From Candidatus Altarchaeum sp. (GTDB lineage: Archaea; Altiarchaeota; Altiarchaeia; Altiarchaeales; Altiarchaeaceae): DNA of 49,302 nucleotides. The translations under genes were made by a program, and so were the position numbers. Below the pieces are notes generated by a model. It was not told where the DNA came from. It made no database searches and saw nothing but the letters and a program-made list of their open reading frames with translations. Below, in pieces: positions 19,295 to 27,649 of the stretch (position 1 is its first letter; every line of letters begins with the position of its first letter). The stretch lies in the NCBI GenBank assembly GCA_018260615.1, contig JAGWDQ010000081.1, positions 1-49,302 on the forward strand. Direction: 5' to 3'.

Positions 19295-19465
19295 TTATCG
19301 GATGATGCGGCGAACAATCGGATATCCGTATTCTTCCCACAAACATCCGCAATCTTTGCATTCATAATACCGTCCTCCGTCATCGCCACCGGTTAGTGCG
19401 GTGTTAAAATTTCCACATCTCGGACAAGATACCTTGCCCATATAATTTAATGTTCTCTCCCGCAT
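19295..19465 (-). CDS. 56-aa zinc-ribbon microprotein (not in ORF track)
   Basis: MRERTLNYMGKVSCPRCGNFNTALTGGDDGGRYYECKDCGCLWEEYGYPIVRRIIR; CPRCG...ECKDCG. Confidence 0.75.
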   Translation of the reverse strand: MRERTLNYMGKVSCPRCGNFNTALTGGDDGGRYYECKDCGCLWEEYGYPIVRRIIR

Positions 19466-19492
19466 TTTTGTTTATTTCGATAATACCTTTGT

Positions 19493-20125
19493 TTATTTTA
19501 TTCCACATGACTTAAGCTTTTTCTCAACAACATCCCCATTCGGCGAAATTTCCGTAAATATAATTCCCTGAAATTTATAGATCTCTGTATCCTGCTTTAA
19601 ATAATCCCTAGCATTTAAGCCAGCTTTCATACATGTTTCTTCTAAAAATTCTTTTTTGTTCCAGTTCCATTCAACAGGAACCTGCGGAAGCAGTAATCCG
19701 CTTCTTGCACCTTTTCTAACTATCAGTCCGTCTCTTCCTGTTTCTATAAATTTTTCGTATTCGCCCGGCTTACATTTAATTAATTCCGGAGGTGTCAAAA
19801 CTGTAACTTCAAATGTAATTTTGTCCAATTCTTCTTTTTCCAGTGGTTCGAATCTCGGATCTTCATAAGCCGCATATAATGATGCCTTTTTTAAGCCCTC
19901 TATTAAAGGAAAAACCGGCTTGGGAAATCCGATGCATCCCCTCAATTCATGTTCCGGATATGTTTCAAGTGTTACAAAAACGCCGTATTTCTCTGAAAAT
20001 TTTTTTAAAATTTCTTCATCAGTATCTTCCTCAATTTCATCAGCTTTTTTATTTTCAAATGCCTTTTCTACGGTTTTTCTTGCGTATGTCACAAGAAATT
20101 TTCCCTCTTCTAAATTTATTTCCAT
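19493..20125 (-). CDS. AMMECR1-domain protein (AmmeMemoRadiSam protein A, TIGR00296-like)
   Basis: GVFVTL...LRGCIG, EDPRFEP, GRDGLIV, GLLLPQVPVEWNW, TCMKAGL. Confidence 0.93.
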   Translation of the reverse strand: MEINLEEGKFLVTYARKTVEKAFENKKADEIEEDTDEEILKKFSEKYGVFVTLETYPEHELRGCIGFPKPVFPLIEGLKKASLYAAYEDPRFEPLEKEELDKITFEVTVLTPPELIKCKPGEYEKFIETGRDGLIVRKGARSGLLLPQVPVEWNWNKKEFLEETCMKAGLNARDYLKQDTEIYKFQGIIFTEISPNGDVVEKKLKSCGIK

Positions 20126-20142
20126 TTTTCATACTTTGAATT

Positions 20143-20745
20143 TTATAAATTTTCCAAAATTTTTTCAAAATTTTTAAAACTTTTTGAATACCTAAAATGC
20201 TCTAATTTATTTCTTTTTGCAATTATTTTTCCATCCACTGTTTTATTATAAGTAGCATTAAGCTTTTTCCTATAATAATTTTCAAGTGTCTCCGATGGTT
20301 TTGTTACTTTATCCGGGTCCGGGTGATCTTTTATAATATTGTCAAAGCATCCAAACAACCATGCTTCAATCTCTTGCTTTGCGAAACACACTTGTATCCG
20401 GCAATCTTTTTTATTCTTTATTTTAATGTTTATCTTATCAATCTTACTTTTAAGCTCATCCTCCTCTTTCTTAGAGTTGTCATAATCTACGAGGAGGATT
20501 ATATTTTTATATTCTCCTATATCTCCATATACTGTTTTATCTATATACTTAAAAACCTGTGATTTACCACCTTTAGATGCTTTACTTGGTAAAAAAACAA
20601 AAAATTGAAAATTACCTCTGATAAATGTTTCTTTGGATTCTTCTTTTCTTTCTTGAAATCCTTCTTTTTCCAAAATCTCTTTAAGAATTTCTTCATCACT
20701 GTTTCCTTCAACAATTATTAAATTTTTTACAAAGTTTTGATTCAT
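20143..20745 (-). CDS. TOPRIM-like nuclease (DUF4276-like), copy 1
   Basis: IIVEGNSD, LVDYD (DxD) and EIEAWL motifs; directly downstream of the ABC ATPase. Confidence 0.75.
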   Translation of the reverse strand: MNQNFVKNLIIVEGNSDEEILKEILEKEGFQERKEESKETFIRGNFQFFVFLPSKASKGGKSQVFKYIDKTVYGDIGEYKNIILLVDYDNSKKEEDELKSKIDKINIKIKNKKDCRIQVCFAKQEIEAWLFGCFDNIIKDHPDPDKVTKPSETLENYYRKKLNATYNKTVDGKIIAKRNKLEHFRYSKSFKNFEKILENL

Positions 20746-20747
20746 TT

Positions 20748-22145
20748 TTAAACCCTCTTACTATAGTATGCTTCCCCCAAACTCATGCCGGATTTATCTA
20801 AAAACTCTGTTAATTTTTCAATATTTTTAATTCTCCTTGTCTTTGTTTCTCCTTTTTCTTTTTCAACAATTATTAGATCTTCCGGATCACAATAATCAAT
20901 AAAATAAGGTGAATGAGTAGAGATTATTATTTGTTTTTCTGATTTTTTTAAGAGCTCAAATATAAATTCAAGCAATCGCATATGAATATGGTTTTCCGGC
21001 TCTTCAAAACATAAGGTCTTGTTACTTGCAACCTGAATTGCTGTAATATGTGCCAATAATGATATTGTTCCGTCTGCTAATGTCCAAACCTGAAAATCAT
21101 TGTCAAAATTTTTTTCTTTTATCTTTAAATAGACCTTATTTCCTTCAACCACAGGTCTAATTTCTTCTATCCCTCCAATAACTCCGGAAAGCAATTCCTG
21201 AATTCTATCAAATTTTTTTCTATCTTCCTGTAAAAGATTTAACAAGACCAGTGAAAGATTATTTCCTTCTGTTTTTAAAACAACTGGCTTTTCAACAAAA
21301 GCATCCGGAATTTCTTTTTTTATTAGGTAAGGAACAAAGTTATATGTGGAAATTTTAACAGTATTAAAAAATTTAACAATTCCTTTAAGTCCTGTTTCAA
21401 TTATTTTTATTATATCTTCAATCTCATATTTTGCAGGTACGAACAATGATTGTCTGCCTTCTGACTTCTCCCCTGCAAATTCTTTAAAATTTTCTCTCTT
21501 AACGATGGATAAAAGCATATCTACTAAGGTTGTATGGATAGCTGAGTCCAAATTCACATAAAAAAATTCTGGGAAGAGCATGCGCATGGGAAATAGTTTA
21601 ACTGACAGTTGTCCGTTCTCATCTTTTTTTATGTTTTCTTTTATGGATAAGTCAATTTGCAGGAGCATTTCATTTTCTTTAGGAATACGCTTAAGCAAAC
21701 TTTTTCCAAATAACTTTGGACTTAAACGATAAGCATCTTCATATCCAAATTCAAATTCATTCCTAAAATTCTCGAATCCTTTTTGCTTTAATAATTCTTC
21801 CAGGTCCTTATTTTTTATTATCAATTTTTCGTCGTTTATTTTTATTTGTTCATATTTCCCGGATATACAAACATAATAAATGAATCTGAAATTATCTTCC
21901 TCACCTTCAGCCTCTATTTCAATATTGTTTTCATCATTTTTCCCAAAAACAACATTTTTATATCCTCCTCTTCTGTTAAATAAACTTTCTAAATTTTCAT
22001 TAAAGCCCTCACTTATAAAATTTAAAACATCAATTATGTTGCTCTTTCCGGAATTATTCGTTCCAATGAGAACATTAAATTTTCCAAATTCAATCTCAAA
22101 ATCCTTTAAAGAACGAAAATTTTTAACTTTTAGTCGTTTAAGCAT
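20748..22145 (-). CDS. ABC/SMC-like ATPase (AAA_15/AAA_21 type), copy 1
   Basis: NFRSL, Walker A GTNNSGKSN, signature LADGT, Walker B LCFEEPENHIH, H-loop ISTHSPY. Confidence 0.88.
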   Translation of the reverse strand: MLKRLKVKNFRSLKDFEIEFGKFNVLIGTNNSGKSNIIDVLNFISEGFNENLESLFNRRGGYKNVVFGKNDENNIEIEAEGEEDNFRFIYYVCISGKYEQIKINDEKLIIKNKDLEELLKQKGFENFRNEFEFGYEDAYRLSPKLFGKSLLKRIPKENEMLLQIDLSIKENIKKDENGQLSVKLFPMRMLFPEFFYVNLDSAIHTTLVDMLLSIVKRENFKEFAGEKSEGRQSLFVPAKYEIEDIIKIIETGLKGIVKFFNTVKISTYNFVPYLIKKEIPDAFVEKPVVLKTEGNNLSLVLLNLLQEDRKKFDRIQELLSGVIGGIEEIRPVVEGNKVYLKIKEKNFDNDFQVWTLADGTISLLAHITAIQVASNKTLCFEEPENHIHMRLLEFIFELLKKSEKQIIISTHSPYFIDYCDPEDLIIVEKEKGETKTRRIKNIEKLTEFLDKSGMSLGEAYYSKRV

Positions 22146-22183
22146 TTTAAATATTTTGTAGTTAATTTATTTAAATTTATAGA

Positions 22184-22530
22184 TTAAATTTTTAACTTCT
22201 CCCTTCTTATACCTTCATCTATTGCACAGTCCTCAAACCACTTTTCACCTCTTAAAATAGCATAAGCACTTATTGTGTGTTCCTCTGTTATTATCCCTTT
22301 ATCATGCAAAGACCACACAAAAGCAGGCGTTGAAATAACCTTTAATTTTAAAATTTCCCTATTTGTCCTGATTATTGCCTCATCGCTAATAATGTAATTA
22401 CAATTTCCGTTCAAAAAATGTGAAACAATTTCAAGTTCAATATTATATAAATAGGTACATATTGTATAATATCATTATTCTTATAAACCTTATCTGCTGA
22501 AAATTTTCCCGCATTTATTAAATATAATAC
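22184..22530 (-). pseudogene. Frameshifted 3' half of the PIN gene at 26385-27044
   Basis: NGNCNYIISDE..IRTNREILKLKVISTPAF nearly identical to the intact copy; upstream frame gives LYLINAGKFSADKV versus LNLINTGKISVEKV. Confidence 0.85.
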
Positions 22531-22774
22531 CTGTCTTTGAAAGATAATTAAATTTTTGACTAAATAAATCTTTTTCTGTGCCAGTTTTATATTTATTTTT
22601 GTATGTTCTTTTTTAAATTTTCTTGTCCCGTGCAAAATTTAATTAAAGTAAAGGTAAAGTTAAAGCCGGTTATTAATTATCGATATAGTGTGCTATTTAA
22701 TTATTTATATTTTTGCCAGCATTCCGCGGTTTCAGTATAAAATTTAAATTTTAAATCAGTTCATATCTATTGTT

Positions 22775-22801
22775 ATTTTCAAAACGCAAAGTTTTGAAAA
22801 T
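22775..22801. terminator. Hairpin downstream of the DprA-like gene (possible terminator)
   Basis: attttcaaaac-gcaaa-gttttgaaaat, 11-bp arms; a similar caaaac-ttc-gttttg lies at 12889-12903 after hicB. Confidence 0.4.
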
Positions 22802-22859
22802 ATCCGAACGATGTGAGGTTACAATATATTTTTAAAATTTTATATTTTTATATTTTTGG

Positions 22860-23828
22860 TTAAATCAATGTCATTTGAGTTGAATTTTGAGGTTGCTTTT
22901 TCTTTTTATCCTGACGAGACAATATCAGATTCCTTACATGATTCATTTCTGTGTTTATGAGTTCAATATCATCCTCGGTTTTAAAGACAATATCCGCCTG
23001 TTTTTTTGAAATCAGGTGTGCATTGCCCGCTGTGTTTTCATTTTTAACAGGATGCTGTAAAACAATAAGTGCGCGCTTTTGTTTCTTACAAAAATTTACA
23101 GTATGCATAGTTCCGCCCTTTATGCCTGTTTCAATAACAAATACACCAAGCGATAATCCGCTTTGAATCCTGTCCCTCATTATTAAATGCTCACGACTAA
23201 TCGTTGTTCCGTAAGGATATTCTGAAACGAGCGCACCATTATTTTTAATTATTATCTCTGCAAGTTCTTTGTTTTTAGCAGGATAAATAGTATCTAATCC
23301 ATGTCCCACGACTGCAACGGTTGTACCTTTAGCGCTTAATGCCCCCCGATGTGCTGCCGTATCTATTCCTTCTGCCAGACCGCTGACTATAACATAGTCC
23401 TTTTTTGCAAATATTTCTGCAATTTTTCCTGCCATCCTGATACCCTGCCCTGTTGGATGTCTTGTTCCTACAATCGCAATACAATTTTTATTCAGAGATT
23501 CAATATTCCCTAAAACATGTAATAATGCCGGCGGGTCTGAAATTTGTAAAAGGGCTTTCGGATAATATGTGCTTTCTTTTGAAATTATCCGAATGTTGTG
23601 TTGTTTTGATTGTCTTAATATCTCCCGGGACATGTTCCAGCCAATTGTGGCTTCTTGAAGAGTTGGAATGTATATTTTACCGAATTTTGCATTTGCTTTT
23701 TTAAGTATTTCTATCAAATTTGCCGGATTATTTGGTTTAGATGTATCAGGAAGAGAGAGAACTTTTTCTATTGTTTTTGGCCCTATATTGCGGGTTTCTT
23801 CCAGTGCAAGTATGTGTTCTACTTTCAT
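22860..23828 (-). CDS. DprA/Smf-like Rossmann-fold protein
   Basis: YPKALLQISDPP..L..LGN, IAIVGTR, IVSGLAEGIDTAAH, ALVSEYP, RDRIQSGLS, SGGT-like KGGT. Confidence 0.88.
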   Translation of the reverse strand: MKVEHILALEETRNIGPKTIEKVLSLPDTSKPNNPANLIEILKKANAKFGKIYIPTLQEATIGWNMSREILRQSKQHNIRIISKESTYYPKALLQISDPPALLHVLGNIESLNKNCIAIVGTRHPTGQGIRMAGKIAEIFAKKDYVIVSGLAEGIDTAAHRGALSAKGTTVAVVGHGLDTIYPAKNKELAEIIIKNNGALVSEYPYGTTISREHLIMRDRIQSGLSLGVFVIETGIKGGTMHTVNFCKKQKRALIVLQHPVKNENTAGNAHLISKKQADIVFKTEDDIELINTEMNHVRNLILSRQDKKKKQPQNSTQMTLI

Positions 23829-23854
23829 TTTAACTGCTTTTATTTTTAGTATTT

Positions 23855-24487
23855 TTATTCCGGCTGGGTCTTGCCAAGTGCGAGCAATGCAACTAATTCA
23901 CATCCGTATTGTTTTAGCACAAACATTCCGGCATTCAGTGATGTGCCGGTTGTTGTTACATCATCCACCAAAAGAATTTGTCTGTTTCTGATTATGCCTT
24001 CATCTGCAACAGTAAGCGATTTTATTTCTTCATCCTGATTTCGCTCACCGCCCAAATGCTTTTTAGATACGGTATATTTCCTTGATAAAATATCTGTTCC
24101 GTCAGTTATATTATTCCTCTTCAGGCATATTTGCCGGACAATTGTTCTGATGCCGGACTGATTTGTTCCCTTCCAGTGAGAAGGCATAACACATATAACA
24201 TATTCTGATGTATCTGAAAGAATGCCCGATAATTTATTTGTAAAGTATTTAATGGACTCTTTATAGTAGTACTTCTCATTCGTATTTGATAGCGATGTCT
24301 CGTCTTTTTTTATATCAAGTATTTTATTGGAAAACTCATCCATATCCTGAAATGGCTTGCCGTGTTTGGGATAATATTTGCCAACATATACTATCTTATC
24401 CGCCGGAATAAATTTATCTTCCGAACAATTTTGATGTGCCTCAACCAGGTTATTTTTTTCCTGCTCTTTGAATATTTGACATTGCAT
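23855..24487 (-). CDS. Type I phosphoribosyltransferase (ComF-like)
   Basis: PRPP loop ILLVDDVTTTGTSL; VMPSH motif. Confidence 0.85.
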   Translation of the reverse strand: MQCQIFKEQEKNNLVEAHQNCSEDKFIPADKIVYVGKYYPKHGKPFQDMDEFSNKILDIKKDETSLSNTNEKYYYKESIKYFTNKLSGILSDTSEYVICVMPSHWKGTNQSGIRTIVRQICLKRNNITDGTDILSRKYTVSKKHLGGERNQDEEIKSLTVADEGIIRNRQILLVDDVTTTGTSLNAGMFVLKQYGCELVALLALGKTQPE

Positions 24488-24519
24488 TTTTTCTTATGCG
24501 TTTTTATTTTGTTTTAAAT

Positions 24520-24576
24520 TTATTTTAACTTCACTCTTCTTATACATTCATCAATGATGTAGTCGTTAAACCATTT
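24520..24576 (-). pseudogene. 57-bp 3' stub of the PIN gene
   Basis: KWFNDYIIDECIRRVKLK* versus KWFEEWAIDECIRRVKLKI* at the end of 26385-27044. Confidence 0.8.
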
Positions 24577-24584
24577 TTGATTTT

Positions 24585-25148
24585 TTAAATTTTATATAAA
24601 TTTTCCAAAATTTTCCTGAATTCTTTAAAACTTTTTGAATGTTCAAAGTGCTTCAATTCGTTTTTTCCCGCTATTTTTTGTCCATCTACAGTTTTATTGT
24701 ATGTAAATTCATTATTTTTTTCTTTCTTTTTTATACATTTTTCAAGTAATTTTACCGGGTCTGATACATTATCCGGTTCTTCATTTTTTGCTTCTTTTAA
24801 TGAGTCATCATAACATCCGAGAAGCCATGATTCTATTTCCTGCTTTGCAAAATGCAAATAAATTTTCATCTGCGGATTTTGACGCTGTATTTCATCCTTT
24901 CTCGTTTTGAATTTTTCCGCCCAATCTTCAGAATTGTCATAATCAACAAGAAATATTATACATTTATATCTGTAAGAAAATTTTGACACTAATTTTTGCA
25001 TATTTTTGCATAACTGGTCTTTTCCTCCCGAATGTGCAGTTGGCAATTTAATGTCATCATCTTCTATATTTATATTTAACTTTTCGAAGATTTCTTTCAA
25101 AATTTTACGATCACTTTCTCCTTCAACAGCGATGCCAAATTTATTCAT
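24585..25148 (-). CDS. TOPRIM-like nuclease (DUF4276-like), copy 2
   Basis: IAVEGESD, LVDYD and EIESWL; C-terminal YNKTVDG..IA..N.L.HF..SKSFK shared with copy 1. Confidence 0.75.
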   Translation of the reverse strand: MNKFGIAVEGESDRKILKEIFEKLNINIEDDDIKLPTAHSGGKDQLCKNMQKLVSKFSYRYKCIIFLVDYDNSEDWAEKFKTRKDEIQRQNPQMKIYLHFAKQEIESWLLGCYDDSLKEAKNEEPDNVSDPVKLLEKCIKKKEKNNEFTYNKTVDGQKIAGKNELKHFEHSKSFKEFRKILENLYKI

Positions 25149-26307
25149 TTTTTAATTCATCACTAAAATAACTTTCTCCCAGGGTTATTCCAATTTCATC
25201 TAATTCTTCCCTTAATTTTTTTGGGTCGTTTATTCTTTTTGCTTTTGTTTCTCCTTTCTCCTTTTCAACAATTATTATATCCTCCGAATCGCATAAATCA
25301 ATGAAAGACAGCGAATGAGTTGTAACTATAATTTGTGCATCTGTGTTTTTCATCAAATCAACAATAAATTCAAGCAATCTTGCATGTATATAATTTTCCG
25401 GTTCTTCAAAACAAATAATGCTTTGTTTCTTGGATGTTTCTATTATTGTAATGTATGAAAGTAGTGAAATTGTACCTTCTGATATGCTTCCCGAATAAAA
25501 GGACTCATTAAAATTTTTATCTTTCATCTTTAAGTAGCAGTATGGTCCTTCAATTGTCGGAACAAATTCATCAATCTCATCAACAACCCCGGAAAGAAGT
25601 TCATTAATCCTGCCCAGTTTTTTCCTGTCATTTTGAGACAAACTTAATAAAAATAACGGAATATTTTTACACTCTTTATCTAATTGTAGATTTTTCTCAA
25701 CAAAAACCTCATTAATTCGAGGTTTTATATTGTAAGGAACTATTTTATAATATCTAACATTATAAAGTATTGTATAAAAGAATGCCCCTAAAATACCCAT
25801 CGTATACTCTTCTGCTGTCATTCTTTCTGTTTCTTCAATCTGTTTTTTAATTTCTTCTATTTTGCTTTTTCCATCTATGAGCGGATATTCTTTGATATTT
25901 TGTTTGCCAAATAAATATAATCTTTTGTTTTCCGATTTTGGAAATCTTTCTTTTTCACCATTATTTTTTTGAATTTCTAATTTTTCCTCAACGGGATTTT
26001 CCATACTATATTCCCCGTCAAATTTCAGGTAATAATCAAACAAAAAATTGTCTTCATAAAAATCCTCTTCAAATATTGCATTTATTTCAATATTATTTGC
26101 AGTATTTTTACCAAAAACAACATTCTTATAACCTCCTCTCTGTTTAAAGCTATTGGAAGTAGTTATTCCATCATTCAGGAAGCTTAAAACATCAATTATA
26201 TTGCTTTTTCCGGTATTATTTCTTCCTATCAGAACATTAAATTTTCCAAAGACGACTTCAAAGTCCTTTAAAGAACGAAAATTTTTAACTTTTAATTTTT
26301 TAAGCAT
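25141..26307 (-). CDS. ABC/SMC-like ATPase, copy 2 (start moved from 26430 to 26307)
   Basis: MLKKLKVKNFRSL start matches copy 1; Walker A GRNNTGKSN, ISEGT, ICFEEPENYIH, VTTHS. Confidence 0.85.
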   Translation of the reverse strand: MLKKLKVKNFRSLKDFEVVFGKFNVLIGRNNTGKSNIIDVLSFLNDGITTSNSFKQRGGYKNVVFGKNTANNIEINAIFEEDFYEDNFLFDYYLKFDGEYSMENPVEEKLEIQKNNGEKERFPKSENKRLYLFGKQNIKEYPLIDGKSKIEEIKKQIEETERMTAEEYTMGILGAFFYTILYNVRYYKIVPYNIKPRINEVFVEKNLQLDKECKNIPLFLLSLSQNDRKKLGRINELLSGVVDEIDEFVPTIEGPYCYLKMKDKNFNESFYSGSISEGTISLLSYITIIETSKKQSIICFEEPENYIHARLLEFIVDLMKNTDAQIIVTTHSLSFIDLCDSEDIIIVEKEKGETKAKRINDPKKLREELDEIGITLGESYFSDELKNE

Positions 26308-26384
26308 TTTAAATATTTTAAATTTATATGATTTTGTATCGTAATTTATATTTTTGATAATTATATTTTCAGTTAGATTTAATT

Positions 26385-27044
26385 TTAAATTTTTAACTTC
26401 ACTCTCCTTATACATTCGTCTATTGCCCATTCCTCAAACCATTTTTCACTTCTTAAAATAATATAAGCATCTATCGCATGCTCCTGCGTTATCATCTTTT
26501 TAACAAATAAATTTAATACGAAAGCCGGAGTTGAAATAACTTTTAATTTTAAAATTTCTCTGTTTGTCCTGATGAGCGCATCATCCGAAAGTATAAAATT
26601 ACAATTTCCGTTCAGAAAATGCGAAACAATTTCAAGTTCAACCTTATACAATCCACACAACATAATGTCTTTATTTACTGATACCTTTTCTACCGAAATT
26701 TTTCCCGTGTTTATTAAATTTAAGATAATATGTGCTTCCGGCTCGTTGTCCTTTTTTTGTCTCTCAATTTCATCTGCAAGCAAAGGAGTTAGAACTATAT
26801 TGTAAAAATTTATTGCATCTTCAATTATTCCAGTCTTCGTTAATAGCAGCAAAGCAATTCCGTCAATACAAATTTTACTTCTGGTTTTGTTGTCAAAATA
26901 TTTAACTTCTTTCCCAATTTCTTTTATTCCTTCATCTTCAACATTTGCCTTTATTTCTGCTTTCCGGTTTTTATTACTTTCTATTCTGCTTTCCTCTTCA
27001 GGCATTCTTTTTAATATGTTAAACAGACATCCGAAATTAGCCAT
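26385..27044 (-). CDS. PIN-domain protein (DUF3368/COG2405-like)
   Basis: ICID, ADEI, VELE and ILSDDA acidic positions; C-terminal VISTPAFVLNL..K.MI motif. Confidence 0.7.
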   Translation of the reverse strand: MANFGCLFNILKRMPEEESRIESNKNRKAEIKANVEDEGIKEIGKEVKYFDNKTRSKICIDGIALLLLTKTGIIEDAINFYNIVLTPLLADEIERQKKDNEPEAHIILNLINTGKISVEKVSVNKDIMLCGLYKVELEIVSHFLNGNCNFILSDDALIRTNREILKLKVISTPAFVLNLFVKKMITQEHAIDAYIILRSEKWFEEWAIDECIRRVKLKI

Positions 27045-27246
27045 TGTAATTTTAGTTATTAAATAAATTATAAATTTCTATCCTTCTTTTTTCTTATTTT
27101 TTTAGCATATATATTGTGACAATAGATGAATTTAAAAATCAAAATTGATTTGTATATATTGTGATGGTATGGAGCAACAATTTACGATGGTGTGACCATG
27201 CTCAAACAAAATTTTTTTTGATTCTTCAGCCATTTTTTACCTGTTG

Positions 27247-27263
27247 TATATTGCTACAATATA
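27247..27263. promoter_or_regulatory. 7-3-7 palindrome, candidate operator
   Basis: TATATTG-CTA-CAATATA; related ATATTG-TGA-CAATA at 27111-27124. Confidence 0.4.
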
Positions 27264-27283
27264 TAAGCATATTATTTTTGCTA

Positions 27284-27530
27284 AACGAATGTTTTTATTT
27301 CGCTAATTTTCTGCTATTTTAAAGTAATTATTTTTTGCGTTAAGCAAAATAAAAATGTTATAATAAACGAAAATAATTTATTCGCTAAATTTATTGTTTT
27401 AACGAAAGTTTTTATTGCGTTAAATATTTGTATCTTAACGAAAGTTTTTGTTTCGCCAATTAATTATTTTTTAACGAAATAATTTTTTGCGTTAAAAGTT
27501 ATGATTTTTAACGAAATAATTTTTTGCCTT
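27284..27530. repeat. Degenerate palindromic tandem array, ~36-bp period
   Basis: aacgaa cores at 27284, 27366, 27401, 27437, 27473 and 27510; best unit ttaacgaaataattttttgcgttaa. Confidence 0.8.
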
Positions 27531-27649
27531 TCTAAATTTAATTTTTCTAATCTTAAAGATAATTTTTTCTAAAATTAATTTGTAAAATTAATTTGTAATA
27601 AAAAATTAAGTTTTTTTAGAAAATATAAAAAACATCATTCAAATAAAAA

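Noticed and set aside
22411-22635. Independent 74-aa gene
   Set aside because: Its middle aligns with the intact PIN in a shifted frame; it is part of the pseudogene
26308-26430. 41-aa N-terminal extension of ATPase copy 2
   Set aside because: Overlaps the PIN gene and is absent from copy 1; MLKKLKVKNF is the homologous start
27284-27530. CRISPR array
   Set aside because: Units are degenerate, the variable parts are only ~11 nt, and no cas genes are present; kept as a non-CRISPR repeat
27045-27649. Archaeal replication origin (ORB boxes)
   Set aside because: No TTCCAGTGGAAAC/G-string ORB motif seen and no cdc6/orc1 nearby
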